A program made the position numbers and the translations under genes. From assembly GCF_001194135.2 (NCBI RefSeq), contig NC_068987.1:92429908-92493907 (forward strand): a DNA stretch of 64,000 nt, written 5' to 3'. The notes beneath the pieces were generated by a model. That model had not been told where the DNA came from. It ran no database searches and worked only from the letters and a program-made list of their open reading frames with translations. Within the stretch, counting starts at the first letter, position 1; each line of letters starts with the position of its first letter. The DNA is from Octopus bimaculoides. Taxonomy: Eukaryota. This document shows, piece after piece, positions 52,991 through 64,000 of the stretch.

Positions 52991-53969
52991 TGAAATGAAA
53001 ATGCCGATGCTGCTGATTTTGTCTTTACAGCAACTTTTCGAGCTTTTAGTAAATTCATAGCCCTAATAAACACAATACATTTACTACAATAGTGGTTGTA
53101 ATAAGAAAATAGTTCGTAATTTTGGTATAAAGCCAGTAATTTTCAGGAAAGAGATGTAATCAACATATTCGACAATGCACTCGGTAATTTGTTGTAACGA
53201 TCCCAGAAAGAGGAAAATCACCTCATATCGGCTGGTTTTGAACTCGGAAAGTAAGTCACTACAATAAAGACCATGAAACTTTTGTCACTCTTTGTGCATC
53301 TCATGTACGTCCACGTCAACGTTTGTAGAGTTTATCTTGAAACTATAATGTACCGCCCGATCAGAGATTTTTTGGAAATTTTCAAAGAAGATTAATCAGA
53401 AAGGTTTCCGAAATATAACAACCAGTTGATTCTTGTCCACGCCATAAGTCTGATGGAAAAGTTAATCTCCCTTTCCCGTCATCAACCCTCAATAGAACAG
53501 CAAAAGTGAACCTTTCACAAGTTGTGTTGCTAGACTGCAAATGATTATAAGCGTGTGATGATACTCTAAGTGCAGGGAGGACTGTCTCGGTGTACGCTTC
53601 GTCCAAGGCTGCAGCTAACTCAAAAAGACAGGCCATGTGAAAATGAGGTATCGCAACTTTAACGAATATCAACATTTTATTAGAGGACGTGTATAACAAA
53701 TAGAGAGCCAGACCAGTGGAAGAAGTTACTTCTACAGAAAGCTGGAGAATAATTCGTACGGTCTGGTGAGATGTGAATTGGGGTAAGGTACGACAGCCAG
53801 GCAATAGAATATAATGGAGGCGATGTAACCGTTTGCATTCTGTTGCAACATAGAGCTTTCCCTTGATTTATTTCTAGGTCACTTTGCTCGTCATATCTTA
53901 AAAGTCGTTCTCAATTTGTAAAGCTGGACCGACTCAGACCCCAACAAACTTAATCAGTTGGTCCATCTA

Positions 53970-54200
53970 GCATTCAGGGTCTCTGGGAATGCCTAAGTGT
54001 CGAGCTACATGCCCATTGACTTTTCATTGTTTAGCAAATTAGCTCGGCGCTGATCACCTCAATCAAAGTGATGTCTGTATACGTTGACACTGTCTTTTTA
54101 CATCCCACTTAGAGCCGAATGCTCATCTACTGTTGGCGAACTATCGATGGCTGATCATATCGAAAGCTTTAAACTGAGCGAAGTTGATCCCTGACACATT
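53970..54200 (+). mobile_element. Very degenerate LINE RT fragment
   Basis: GMPKCRATCPLTFHCLAN*L resembles GVPQGSVLGPLLFLLYINDL, followed by YVDT (YADDT-like) after a frameshift. Confidence 0.4.
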
Positions 54201-57200
54201 ATTTTTATTTACCCAAACTCTCTATGATGTACTGAATGAATTTGATACTCACGAGGGCAGATCTGTTTGCAGTGGTGCACGTGTTACTATATCACCAATT
54301 AGATAATTGACCGCAACATCATCGTTTATACATTAGCGAAAATGTCATCTGGCAGTCACGGGGTTATAGGCCGAAAATTATCATTGATCTTTTTTTTTAT
54401 TATTTTTGGTCCATTCCCATCAGTGCTTTGTTTGGGTCCTCCCCCCCCCCTTGTTAGTTGCGGTTCCAAACAATTCTGGCACAGCAAAATAAATCTTGTA
54501 GCACTGATCATCCACACCATGCGATATGACTCCGTGAACCAAACATTGGTTTCCGTATTTGTGCAGCTGTTCTGGGCCTTTTGTAACGTTCCGTCTCTCT
54601 TGCCTAATAAAGACAGCAGGCCATTCTGCTTCCAGCTCGTCAGTTCTCGCTAAGAAAGGCCCGACGCGTTGCTGAAAAGTCACACACATCTACACATCAT
54701 GATTCGTGAAATACGAAGTTGAGGCTTTCTTTTCACTTTGCGCTTTTGTAACTTAGACCCATCCAAAGAAATTCATCCCCTCGTGTTTTGGAGCATTCGG
54801 CTTTACTATAACAATGCATACTCTCGATATGTGTGGTATCCGACCCTTTTATACTGATCTTTCGTATGCAAGCAACTTCTCGCGAGATGCCACTAAGGTA
54901 CTTCCTACTTCTTCAGAAGTAGATATTGAATGAGGACGTTCTAAAGGGGAGAGAGAAGAATCCCCGAGAGAATGAATGCAAGGTATCGAGCGGTAACGAA
55001 AGTAATACTCTGAGACTAAAGAAACGTTCACACTGCGTTGGAGTGATCCCGATTCTGAAGACGCGCTCAAAGCTAATGCCTTCCGGACTTGTAAGACATA
55101 TTCAAATCAAATTGATCAGCGCACCATCCATGCAAGATTCTCCATTACTCTGATATTGAGGAGCAACTGAAAAGCTGCATATATTTCCTTGGAATGGAGT
55201 TTCATGTGCCTCTATCGATTAAATCAAAGACTGAATGATTCTCTACTGCCATACTGCGCTTCTGTCAAGTTGTGTCACAGTCACAAAAGCCCATTGAGCG
55301 GCTTTTGTTCCCTCGTAATACCACATTCATTCAAATAACGAGAACTTCCCGCTCAGTTTCGCAATTCATTCGCTACATTTGCAAATCATTTATTATTACT
55401 TGCGTCTTCTTGGCAACTAATTAACTATCCCTCTCGTTTATAATTCTCTATCACTAGTTTCTTACTAAACATTACAGATTATAAACTAATAGCTCTTTTT
55501 AGGGCTAATCTCCATCAGTTGGTGTCAGTTGCCACGTCAACTTCCCTCTTGTCACTTTGCGCTTTTGTAACTTGGGACCATCGAAAGAATCATTCTTTAA
55601 TTCGGTCTCTGTAAGCTTGTTGCGCCGAAAAAGAAGCGATCTCTTTCAAGGAACTGGATACCTGTCTATGCTTAACTGTGATAACAAAATTGTAGGATTT
55701 TTTGCCGCCAATTTTAAATTTGGGAAACATATGCTATGCTTATCTTCATGTGGTAGAAAACGCTGCCCATTTACATATACATTGATACATTCAGGATATT
55801 CGGTCGATAATTATCGGCCAGATAAAAATTGACCGAGCAAGTTTGCCTGGCTTTGATACACCAACTCAATCCACATTGATTGCGATCCCTATTCTCTGTA
55901 TCTCTTCGAAATCTATAAATAGTCATTCTAGATATGCCAGGATGAAAGTAAGTCAGAAGAAGGAGGCTGATGGTGAGACGACTAACATCTGGCAAGATAA
56001 GGCAACCATCATATATATTCAAGATTTTTGTTCTTATCGGGGCTTCAGCATTCGATCTTGCCATCTCTGTATTATTATTGCATTGTTGAATGAAGTTTAA
56101 AGGAGATCCTCTGTAGGAAATTAGATTAACGACAACGGCAACAACCTTATAATAAGAAATACAACAACAATAAAAATTATCAAAACGCAAAACAATCAGT
56201 ACGACAAACAGCAGCATTAAGAATAAACACAAAATAATTACATCAACTTCTACAACAGAAATAGGAAACGATCAGGAATACTACAACAAAATATACGAAG
56301 ACAAAATTGAAAAACGACAAATTAAAAAATGTGAAAATAAAAATTAAAAATAAAGGACAAAACAATTATGAAGCAATTATACTTACAAAACAAGTATTAA
56401 AATAAGAGCAGTAACAACAACAGCAATAGCAACTACGCTAGAAAATGATAACAGCCGACAACAATGGGAGAGAGAATAAGTGGATGAGCGGGAAGGAGAA
56501 AAAGACAGAATGAGATAGAGAGTGAGAGAAGAAGAGAGAAAGAGAAGCAGAAGAAGAAAAAAAAATCAATTTTAAAAATTACCATAGACTTTCAAAGGAG
56601 AATTATTTCTTGGTAAGGAACAAAGGCATACATTATAAAGCAACAATATTTTCTCTCTTTTGTGAATTTTACCGTTTCTGTTTACTAATTGTGAAATCAA
56701 AAAATTGAATACTTCTCTTCATTATCATCATAATAAGAATAATTAATGGAAAAATAGAAATACTTGCCTTTTCCAGACTTTCTTATTTTCCGTCTATATC
56801 CGTTCCCTTTTATTGTTTCATTGTATGTCCCTCCGTCTTTATCGGTATTTCACTCATGTCCACTCTTCATTTTCATATTCTATGTTTCTATTATTCTATT
56901 ATTTTAATTTTTCCTCCATAAAACTCATTTAATCCAATATCTTTCTTTCTCTGTGTGTATATATATATATANNNNNNNNNNNNNNNNNNNNNNNNNNNNN
57001 NNNNNNNNNNNNNNNNNNNNNNNNNNNNNNNNNNNNNNNNNNNNNNNNNNNNNNNNNNNNNNNNNNNNNNNNNNNNNNNNNNNNNNNNNNNNNNNNNNNN
57101 NNNNNNNNNNNNNNNNNNNNNNNNNNNNNNNNNNNNNNNNNNNNNNNNNNNNNNNNNNNNNNNNNNNNNNNNNNNNNNNNNNNNNNNNNNNNNNNNNNNN

Positions 57201-57560
57201 NNNNNNNNNNNNNNNNNNNNNNNNNNNNNNNNNNNNNNNNNNNNNNNNNNNNNNNNNNNNNNNNNNNNNNNNNNNNNNNNNNNNNNNNNNNNNNNNNNNN
57301 NNNNNNNNNNNNNNNNNNNNNNNNNNNNNNNNNNNNNNNNNNNNNNNNNNNNNNNNNNNNNNNNNNNNNNNNNNNNNNNNNNNNNNNNNNNNNNNNNNNN
57401 NNNNNNNNNNNNNNNNNNNNNNNNNNNNNNNNNNNNNNNNNNNNNNNNNNNNNNNNNNNNNNNNNNNNNNNNNNNNNNNNNNNNNNNNNNNNNNNNNNNN
57501 NNNNNNNNNNNNNNNNNNNNNNNNNNNNNNNNNNNNNNNNNNNNNNNNNNNNNNNNNNNN

Positions 57561-57597
<37 letters not shown>

Positions 57598-57598
<1 letters not shown>

Positions 57599-57703
57599 GA
57601 CGAGCTTCTTCCAATTTCCGTCTAGCAAATCCACTCACAAGTCTTTAGTCGCTTCGAGGCTATAGTAGAAGACACTTGACCAAGGTGCCACGGAGTGAGA
57701 TCT
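57598..57703 (-). mobile_element. SINE family B, 5' half
   Basis: aaatccactcacaagtctttagtcgcttcgaggctatagtagaagacac is the reverse complement of 59430-59480. Confidence 0.85.
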
Positions 57704-57709
57704 ATCCTA

Positions 57710-58100
57710 AGGACGGTTTTTCCTTCATCGCAGTATCCCTCTGCATCGTGGCCATACAAAAGAATTTTCGGGAATGCAATCATCATTCAATCGAATAAGG
57801 TGCCCTACCCATCTGCGCTGAATTCTCAACAGCAATCTTTTGGAACTGGTGATATCACATTTTCCTAAAATTTCAACATCTGATATCTTATCGTGCATTT
57901 TATATTTCGAATATTGTGCAGACAGCACACAGGAAAGGTTACAGATTTGTTTATATGTCTGTAGTATGTAGTCCATTCTTCTGCCCCGGACAAAAGCATG
58001 CATAAAGTGTCTGCTCTTTTCTACATAGACAAAGTGAATTTTCTCGTCAAACTGCACCAAATGTAACAGGTGACGAAAAAGGCAATATCGTCTCAAATTC
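57710..58100 (-). mobile_element. RTE-clade LINE C-terminal fragment
   Basis: DKISDVEILGKCDITS...IQRRWVGHLIRLNDDCIPE matches RTE D(K/R)IxxxEVL...QLRWxGHVxRM...P. Confidence 0.8.
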
Positions 58101-58170
58101 CATGTCTAGTAGTAGATCGACGTCACGTGGATCTCGACAACAAATCATTTAATAATATAATACTTTATAG

Positions 58171-58320
58171 AAGGCAGAGAGCTGGTAGAATCGCCGAGGT
58201 CGACTTTGCCTTTCATCCTTTTGGGGTTGATAAATGAAATACCAGTGAAACACTGGGGTCGATGTAATCGACTAGTCCTCACCCCACAAATCTCATGCGT
58301 TGAGCATTTAAGTAGAAAGG
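58171..58320 (+). mobile_element. SINE family A copy with internal deletion
   Basis: Head aaggcagagagctggtagaatcg joined directly to ccgaggtcgactttgcctttcatcc; the B-box region is missing. Confidence 0.85.
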
Positions 58321-58494
58321 ATATATGCAGAGATTTTTTTCTGTGACAAAATCATGTAGCGATTACCTTTAGCGTTGTGGTGTGCAAATGTGTTCTAAAA
58401 TAAATATACATATACGTGTTTTGATCATCACTGTTTTGTGTGGGTATTCTGTCTATGTCTGTCCAGTTATCTATCTATCTATCTATCTATCTAC

Positions 58495-58527
<33 letters not shown>

Positions 58528-59345
58528 ACACGCGCATATGATATGTGTGTGTGTGTGTGTATAATGAGGGTACCATTATTCAATGGTACTGTGAAGGCCG
58601 AAAAACTGTAAAAAGATTTCAAATTTTAGAATTTGAAAGATTAGTACTGGTTCCCGTGGAAATATGGAAAATTGATCAAAAAATGTAGTCATAACGACAG
58701 CTCCATCATGTTCTTGACGCACAACGTAAAAGTCCCATGCCAATTTCCTATACAGCCACGCATAACCATGCCATTGCAACCACACATATGCTTGTAGTTT
58801 CTAAAATATATAGATATAATATCTAATATATATCATATAACTCCTGCCACTTTCCAACCCACTATGTTTTATGCTTTGCAGCAAATTTCTTATCTTTTAT
58901 ACTTCATAACGTTTTATTTCTTGCTCCCTGACGTGCAACCATTTTTGTTATTTTAAAATAAGTAAAAAACGGAATAATTAATGAAAATATAAAGAAGTTT
59001 GTATTAAAATCACACAGGATGCAAGCATCACATACAGAATACATTTGAAAAGGAGGAAGTTATAAAACATAATTTATAAAATGAAGGATGTTGAAATCCA
59101 TAGAAAAGAAATATAAATCGTCTCATTCTACCTGCCATGTTTGACTTGATTACAAATAGAAAAAAATTGCGTTACAAATATTGCCGTGCGTTTTGCATAT
59201 TTTTAAGGCAAATTAATACGCACATACACGCACACACACGCAAACACACACACACAGAGACAAACACATACACACAATTGTACATACACACACACATACA
59301 CATAGAAAGTCAGTTAGAAGCAGAGAGATGATACATAAATATATA

Positions 59346-59486
59346 GCACAGGTGTGGCTGTGTGGTAAGAAGCTTACTACTCAACCACATGGTTCCCGGT
59401 TCAGTCCCACGGCGTGGCACATTGGGCGGGTGTCTTCTACTATAGCCTCGAGCCGACCAAAGCCTTGTGAGTGGATTTGAAGCCTG

Positions 59487-59553
<67 letters not shown>

Positions 59554-59745
59554 TGTGTGTCTTTGACTGTCCCCACACTATCGCTTGACAACCGATACTG
59601 GTGTGTTTACGTGCCGGTAACCAAGCGGTCTGGCAAAAGTACTACGCCTACAAATAGTAAGTCCTGGGGTGAATTTGTTCGACTAAATGTGGTGCTCCAG
59701 CATGGCCGCGGTCAGATGACTGACAGAAGTAAAAGAATAAAAGAA
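59346..59745 (+). mobile_element. SINE family B, full-length copy with internal (CA)n(TA)n
   Basis: tRNA-like head gtggctgtgtggtaagaagc...ggttcagtccca, internal microsatellite 59492-59549, 3' end gtgctccagcatggccgcggtc...aaaagaataaaagaa. Confidence 0.9.
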
Positions 59746-61662
59746 GATACCTTCATTCATATTTGTGTATAAGGATATAAAAATGCATAATTACAATCTG
59801 GTGATAATAGGAAATATAAATGTTGTACTTTTCACTTAAAAATAAAGAGTATACCCACATAGAGAAGTGTATATGCATTGATATATAATAACAAGTATAT
59901 ACATGCGCACGCGGCCACTCGGCCACATACAGCGATCATGCAAAAATGTACATACACCCACTCCACACGCATATATGTGCACAGGAACTGACACACACGA
60001 CGCAAACATGCACATACACAAACACACACATACATGTATATATATTCATTCATACGTACACCTGCATAATATGAGTTCTGATTTCTAGGTGTATATTTTT
60101 GTATATCCGAAGTCAGATGCATTTTATGTATTTGGGTGTGTTATGTACGTGAGCAGGAAACGCACACACAGATGCATATATAAGAAGCGAGATAAATATA
60201 AAACAAGTTGTATGTTTCACTGTTCTTAATAATTTGCATAACAATGAAAAAAGTGTAAATCAAAGATATTGTTTTGGGTTCCACATACGATGAATAACCA
60301 AATAGTTCTTTTGTACTTCTGTTCCAGAATAATCAATAGAAATATTATCTTTAAATATTTTAGATATTCTATAGGAACCGGCGCAGATGAGATATTATCA
60401 ACTTTAGACTGTGAATATATTTCAAATATCATTAAATGTTTTCTGTAGCCTTAGTTGTGTCAGGATAATGCTCTATGTATTGTTTGTAATGAAATGCAGC
60501 GTGAAATATTGCGTAGATGTATGGATTTGTATGTATATAAAGTTTGAGATATGATAACATGCTCCTGGTTCGGTGATTGTTATGGTTGCACACTATATGA
60601 ATCCATTGAAGGAGAGGTGTAAAGGATATTGAAAAGAAGCATGATTAATCGAGAGCGCTTATAAAATGTTATAAATGAAATTATTTAATAGAAACAGAGG
60701 AAAATATTGAAAGACCAGATATATGCCTTGGACGTCATCTGCAAATATAGTTGGGTTGTTTGGCATTTCTTTGTAATTAGATTCTTTCATTGCCCAGGTG
60801 CAATCTTCGTATTTTACGTCCCGTAAGAAAAAAAAAAAAGGTTTTTGTTCCACGAGACATATTCAAAATGCGAAATTGAAATATGCTCATCTATCCGAAT
60901 TCGGTATAAAATTCAGAAACCTTGGAGACCAAGGAGTTCGTAAATGATGATAAGAGATTTTATTGTTTTCAATAATATTTGCTGTCGAAACTGAATAGTA
61001 CGAACCATCAAATGTTTTACTATACATGTCAACTAACCATAGTCAACCTCGGTGCTCTCTTAGATTTCTATACTTTACACTATGTTTTATGTACACAATA
61101 TTCTAAGAGGAAACTGCCCTGAAATACATGCATGGTTTAAAGATATAGTGTGGCATATAAAAATAGTGGTATTGTGTAAATTTCCTGGGAATATTTCAAA
61201 TTATACAACTATATTCATATCATTCGACATATATGTGAACGTTGATAATGGATCATGGATTTACCCCCACCCCTCATGCTTTTTTTATGTTTTATCATTA
61301 TTTATTTCATCGATATCGAGATATACAAATTGTTCAGGGACGAAATCAATTCAATGGCCCTTGTTGTAAGGAAATGAATTATGTAACAGCACCAAGTCTT
61401 TTCTTTTCAATGTGTAATTAATGAAAGACGCTATTATAATACTCATTTAATTAATATTGATTCTATACACAGATGCAGGGTTCAAAATTTTGTTGGGAAG
61501 CATTTGATTATATGAACACTAATTCTTCTGTTGTTCCATTGTTCCATAGATCATTTGGAAAGATGAAATGGGTAATCCTATCTTTGTAGGGGCCTTCATT
61601 GATGAGTTAATAAATATTGTAAGTCAGTCTATAATGTTCAGTCGGATGTTTCAGTTCACAGT

Positions 61663-61664
<2 letters not shown>

Positions 61665-61714
<50 letters not shown>

Positions 61715-61785
61715 AGAGACAGACAGACAGAGACATAGAGAGACACAGAGAGAGACAGAGAGAGAGACAGAGACAGACAGACATA
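61665..61785. repeat. (GA)n/(GACA)n microsatellite
   Basis: Direct reading. Confidence 0.95.
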
Positions 61786-62999
61786 GTTCTTCTCATGGAT
61801 TTCTAGCACTGTTGTACTCAGGACTTGCATCGCTATGTTATTTTATAAATCCATAAGTAATGTATAGAAAATGCTACATAAATAAAAGTTATGAGGCTAG
61901 AGCAGAGGAAATGCTTTTTTCTGAAAAACAACCTTGTCCTAATTACACTATTAAGGAAATGAATTGGAATTATTATTTACTCGAGAGATTAAACTGGGTT
62001 TGTAATCCATCCGAAACTCCATTCATGAGCAAAGTATGAACCGATTTCCTTCTTAAAATCATATTACCAGGTAATGGGGACATGCAATTTGCAAGAATTT
62101 TCAGGAACACAAAATTTAGTTTAAGCTGTCCTATTTCAACTAGTGACATATATACAATACTTGTATGTTAACCGATGGAGACAGGACATGGTTGCTCTAC
62201 CGGCTAGGAATTTTAACATTCTTATTTGAAGCTAGTTATATATAAAATGTTCTGGTCTTGCTTGAATTCTGTCGAAGTGAAAATGATGTACGGCTTTCAG
62301 CGTAGGACTGATGAATCAGGTTTGACAGGACATAGCAATAACTAAAAATAGTTTTATTTAGATTATATTCAAAATGCATGTAGCAACTTGCATGTATTGG
62401 GTACTAAATTTCTTAGCCTAATAGGTCTGTAACGAAAACAATGTGAAAAGGTATGATTATTTAGTGGATATTGTGTTTTGTATTAATAAATCACCTTTGA
62501 TTTTTTTGTTAAAATTGCGGTGATGTGGATTAAATCTGGATTCAACTCAGCGTATAGTTCGTGAATTTAGAGGGCTTAGATTTGCGATCGTTTCCTCTTA
62601 TTATATATATATATATACGTAGAGAGAGAGTAAGAGAGAAAGATAGGGTGCGACAGAGAGATAGAGAGCGAGAGACTCTACAAATGAGATTCAGAGATGC
62701 TGAATATCAAAAACGCTGATCTGTTCACAAATGATTAGAACACTCTGAAATCTTTATCCATGGGGTAAAGAGTGGCTATAAGAGGAGCCCAGCGGTGCCT
62801 ATATAAGAATAATGATGCAAATAAATAAATAAACACGTTTGGGCTCCATACATAATATACATATACACCTATACATGTAAATATATACATAAAAGAGATA
62901 CATATAGATATATATAGAGAGAGGAACAAAAACCCAAAATTACATGGGATACAAAAGATACAGAATTGTAAGGGGAGAGAGCGTGCATTTCAGGTCCGG

Positions 63000-63370
63000 T
63001 AGCTGTTTGTGGGCACTCTGAATTACGTAATAGTTTTAATATTGGGCAGATGGAATGTGCAAAAAGTTAGGAGTATGCTTCCAATAGTGGATATATATAA
63101 ACATTACTGTAAATCCGGCCTTTTTTTCAGGGTGGAGAGATTAGTATGTGAAGTTTCAGATCACAATGCATGGTTTTTAAGAGTAGAGTGGGTGAGGAAG
63201 TTGGTAAGTAGAAGTTGGTGGAAGATGGAAATAGTTGGTTTCTGGGGGAGTATCGAAAGAAGTGGGATTCGAAAAGGTGAATCAAAAGGTGACTAGGAAG
63301 AGGTGGGATACGTGCCTCAGCTAATTGCACTTAAAAGCAGTGACTTATGCTTATAAGGTGGAGAGAATAA
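63000..63370 (-). mobile_element. Highly degenerate CR1-like LINE 3' remnant
   Basis: Purine-rich plus strand; minus strand weakly resembles CR1-type C-terminal coding sequence; multiple stops. Confidence 0.25.
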
Positions 63371-63965
63371 TGAAAATGTGGACTGTAGAGGAGATTGTTG
63401 AGTCATATCCTCTCTTGGGTAAAGTATGTCAACATTTTTGGCACGTGCTGGTGTAATTTATAGTTTGACTTTAGGACAGTAAAACTGAGGTAACACTTTT
63501 CAAATGATTTTGATCATTATTTTTATTTCATAATTGCACTGCTCTGTGAAAAAACTTTAGATCTCTATTTACAATGATTTGAAACTTACGTTTTATTAGC
63601 CACCTTGATTATAGGAGGTTTGACTCATAACAGAAATGGTTTAAATGTACAGGTTTGATAACGTTACAATAAAATCCTTTGATCCATACGAATAGAATTC
63701 AACAATATACAATAAAGAATTTACACCGACAGAACACCATATATGTATAAAATTCTATGTATACCTAACATTATCGATTTTTCTGGATCATGCACTCTTT
63801 CAGAATCTATCAGAATTCTGAGACATCGAGGTTTCTCGCTCCTTAGCTGTTACCAATGTGAGGCAACACTGGACAGAACCCAGCTAAATTTTGCATATAC
63901 ATAGACTTTGGTATTGTTTAAACATTGGTTGGCGCTAACATTACGGTAAGATGTATATCTATCTA

Positions 63966-64000
<35 letters not shown>

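Noticed and set aside
53382-53804. 140-aa minus ORF as a host gene exon
   Set aside because: Adjacent to and probably antisense of a decayed LINE region; no clear splice signals or recognisable domain
60798-60822. 25-nt micro-exon candidate (ttgcccag|...|gtaaga)
   Set aside because: Good splice-like signals but no partner exon or homology; expected by chance in 64 kb

Overview
AT-rich eukaryotic draft-assembly DNA, not prokaryotic. It is dense in microsatellites and has about 14 N-gaps, nearly all abutting (TA)n/(CA)n/(CT)n arrays. The tRNA-derived SINE families present match those I recall from octopus genomes, so a cephalopod source is likely (inference). The window is mostly transposon debris: three SINE families, CR1-type, RTE and R4/Dong-type LINE fragments, a Penelope-like GIY-YIG endonuclease remnant, a Penelope-type minimal hammerhead ribozyme, a Tc1/mariner transposase fragment, a ~295-bp fold-back element and a possible TRIM-like LTR pair. 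I found no CRISPR array, rRNA or tRNA gene and no host gene I can name. Most long ORFs in the supplied track are artefacts of N-gaps and microsatellites. The most intriguing unexplained signals are (i) two 174-nt, indel-free, 64%-identical exon-like paralogs 49,654 bp apart (543-716 and 50197-50370), suggesting a fast-evolving tandem gene family, and (ii) a 1.1-kb degenerate minisatellite of dyad-symmetric ACTTCCTGGAAAGTTCC units that overlap STAT, NF-kB-like and ETS motifs. Neither is demonstrated to be a new biological system.
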